Shown one piece after another: positions 19,944 through 20,000 of a stretch of 20,000 nt of DNA. How positions within the stretch are numbered: the first letter of the stretch is position 1; every line of letters begins with the position of its first letter. The stretch is from Chromera velia. Taxonomy: Eukaryota. The notes under the pieces are model-generated. The model did not search any database and was not told the DNA's origin. It worked only from the letters and a program-made list of their open reading frames with translations. The stretch is taken from the NCBI GenBank assembly GCA_018398765.1, contig JAHBMJ010000333.1, positions 110,749 through 130,748 on the forward strand. Direction: 5' to 3'. The position numbers were made by a program, and so were the translations under genes.

Positions 19944-20000
19944 TCTCTCTCTTTCTCTCTCTCTCTCTTTGTCTCTCTCTCTCTTTGTCTCTCTCTCTCT
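19909..20000. repeat. (CT)n microsatellite running off the window end
   Basis: Directly visible. Confidence 0.9.

Overview
Eukaryotic, intron-rich, microsatellite-rich genomic DNA. Gene style, the apicomplexan-like PP5 sequence and the TGCATGCA motif suggest an alveolate, possibly a chromerid such as Chromera velia (inference, not verified). Two genes were assembled by hand with consistent intron phases and lie head-to-head around a ~950-bp spacer. One is a 12-exon serine/threonine protein phosphatase 5 (PP5; TPR + PPP catalytic domain, ~564 aa) on + at 9152-15247. The other is a 6-exon ~1197-aa hypothetical coiled-coil/low-complexity protein on - at 8200-2670. The flanks hold AT-rich islands with several non-coding foldback (MITE-like) elements (about 1.5-2.6 kb and 19.0-19.25 kb), a 43-bp CGATAT-based minisatellite preceded by hairpins, a 145-bp tandem array carrying intron-like signals, and many simple repeats. 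The most striking observation is that 14 of 16 introns start GTC (mostly GTCAG) instead of GTRAG. That donor is the reverse complement of the CTGAC branch-like motif, and both occur as (GTCA)n/(TGAC)n microsatellites at intron ends. No CRISPR array, rRNA or tRNA was seen.
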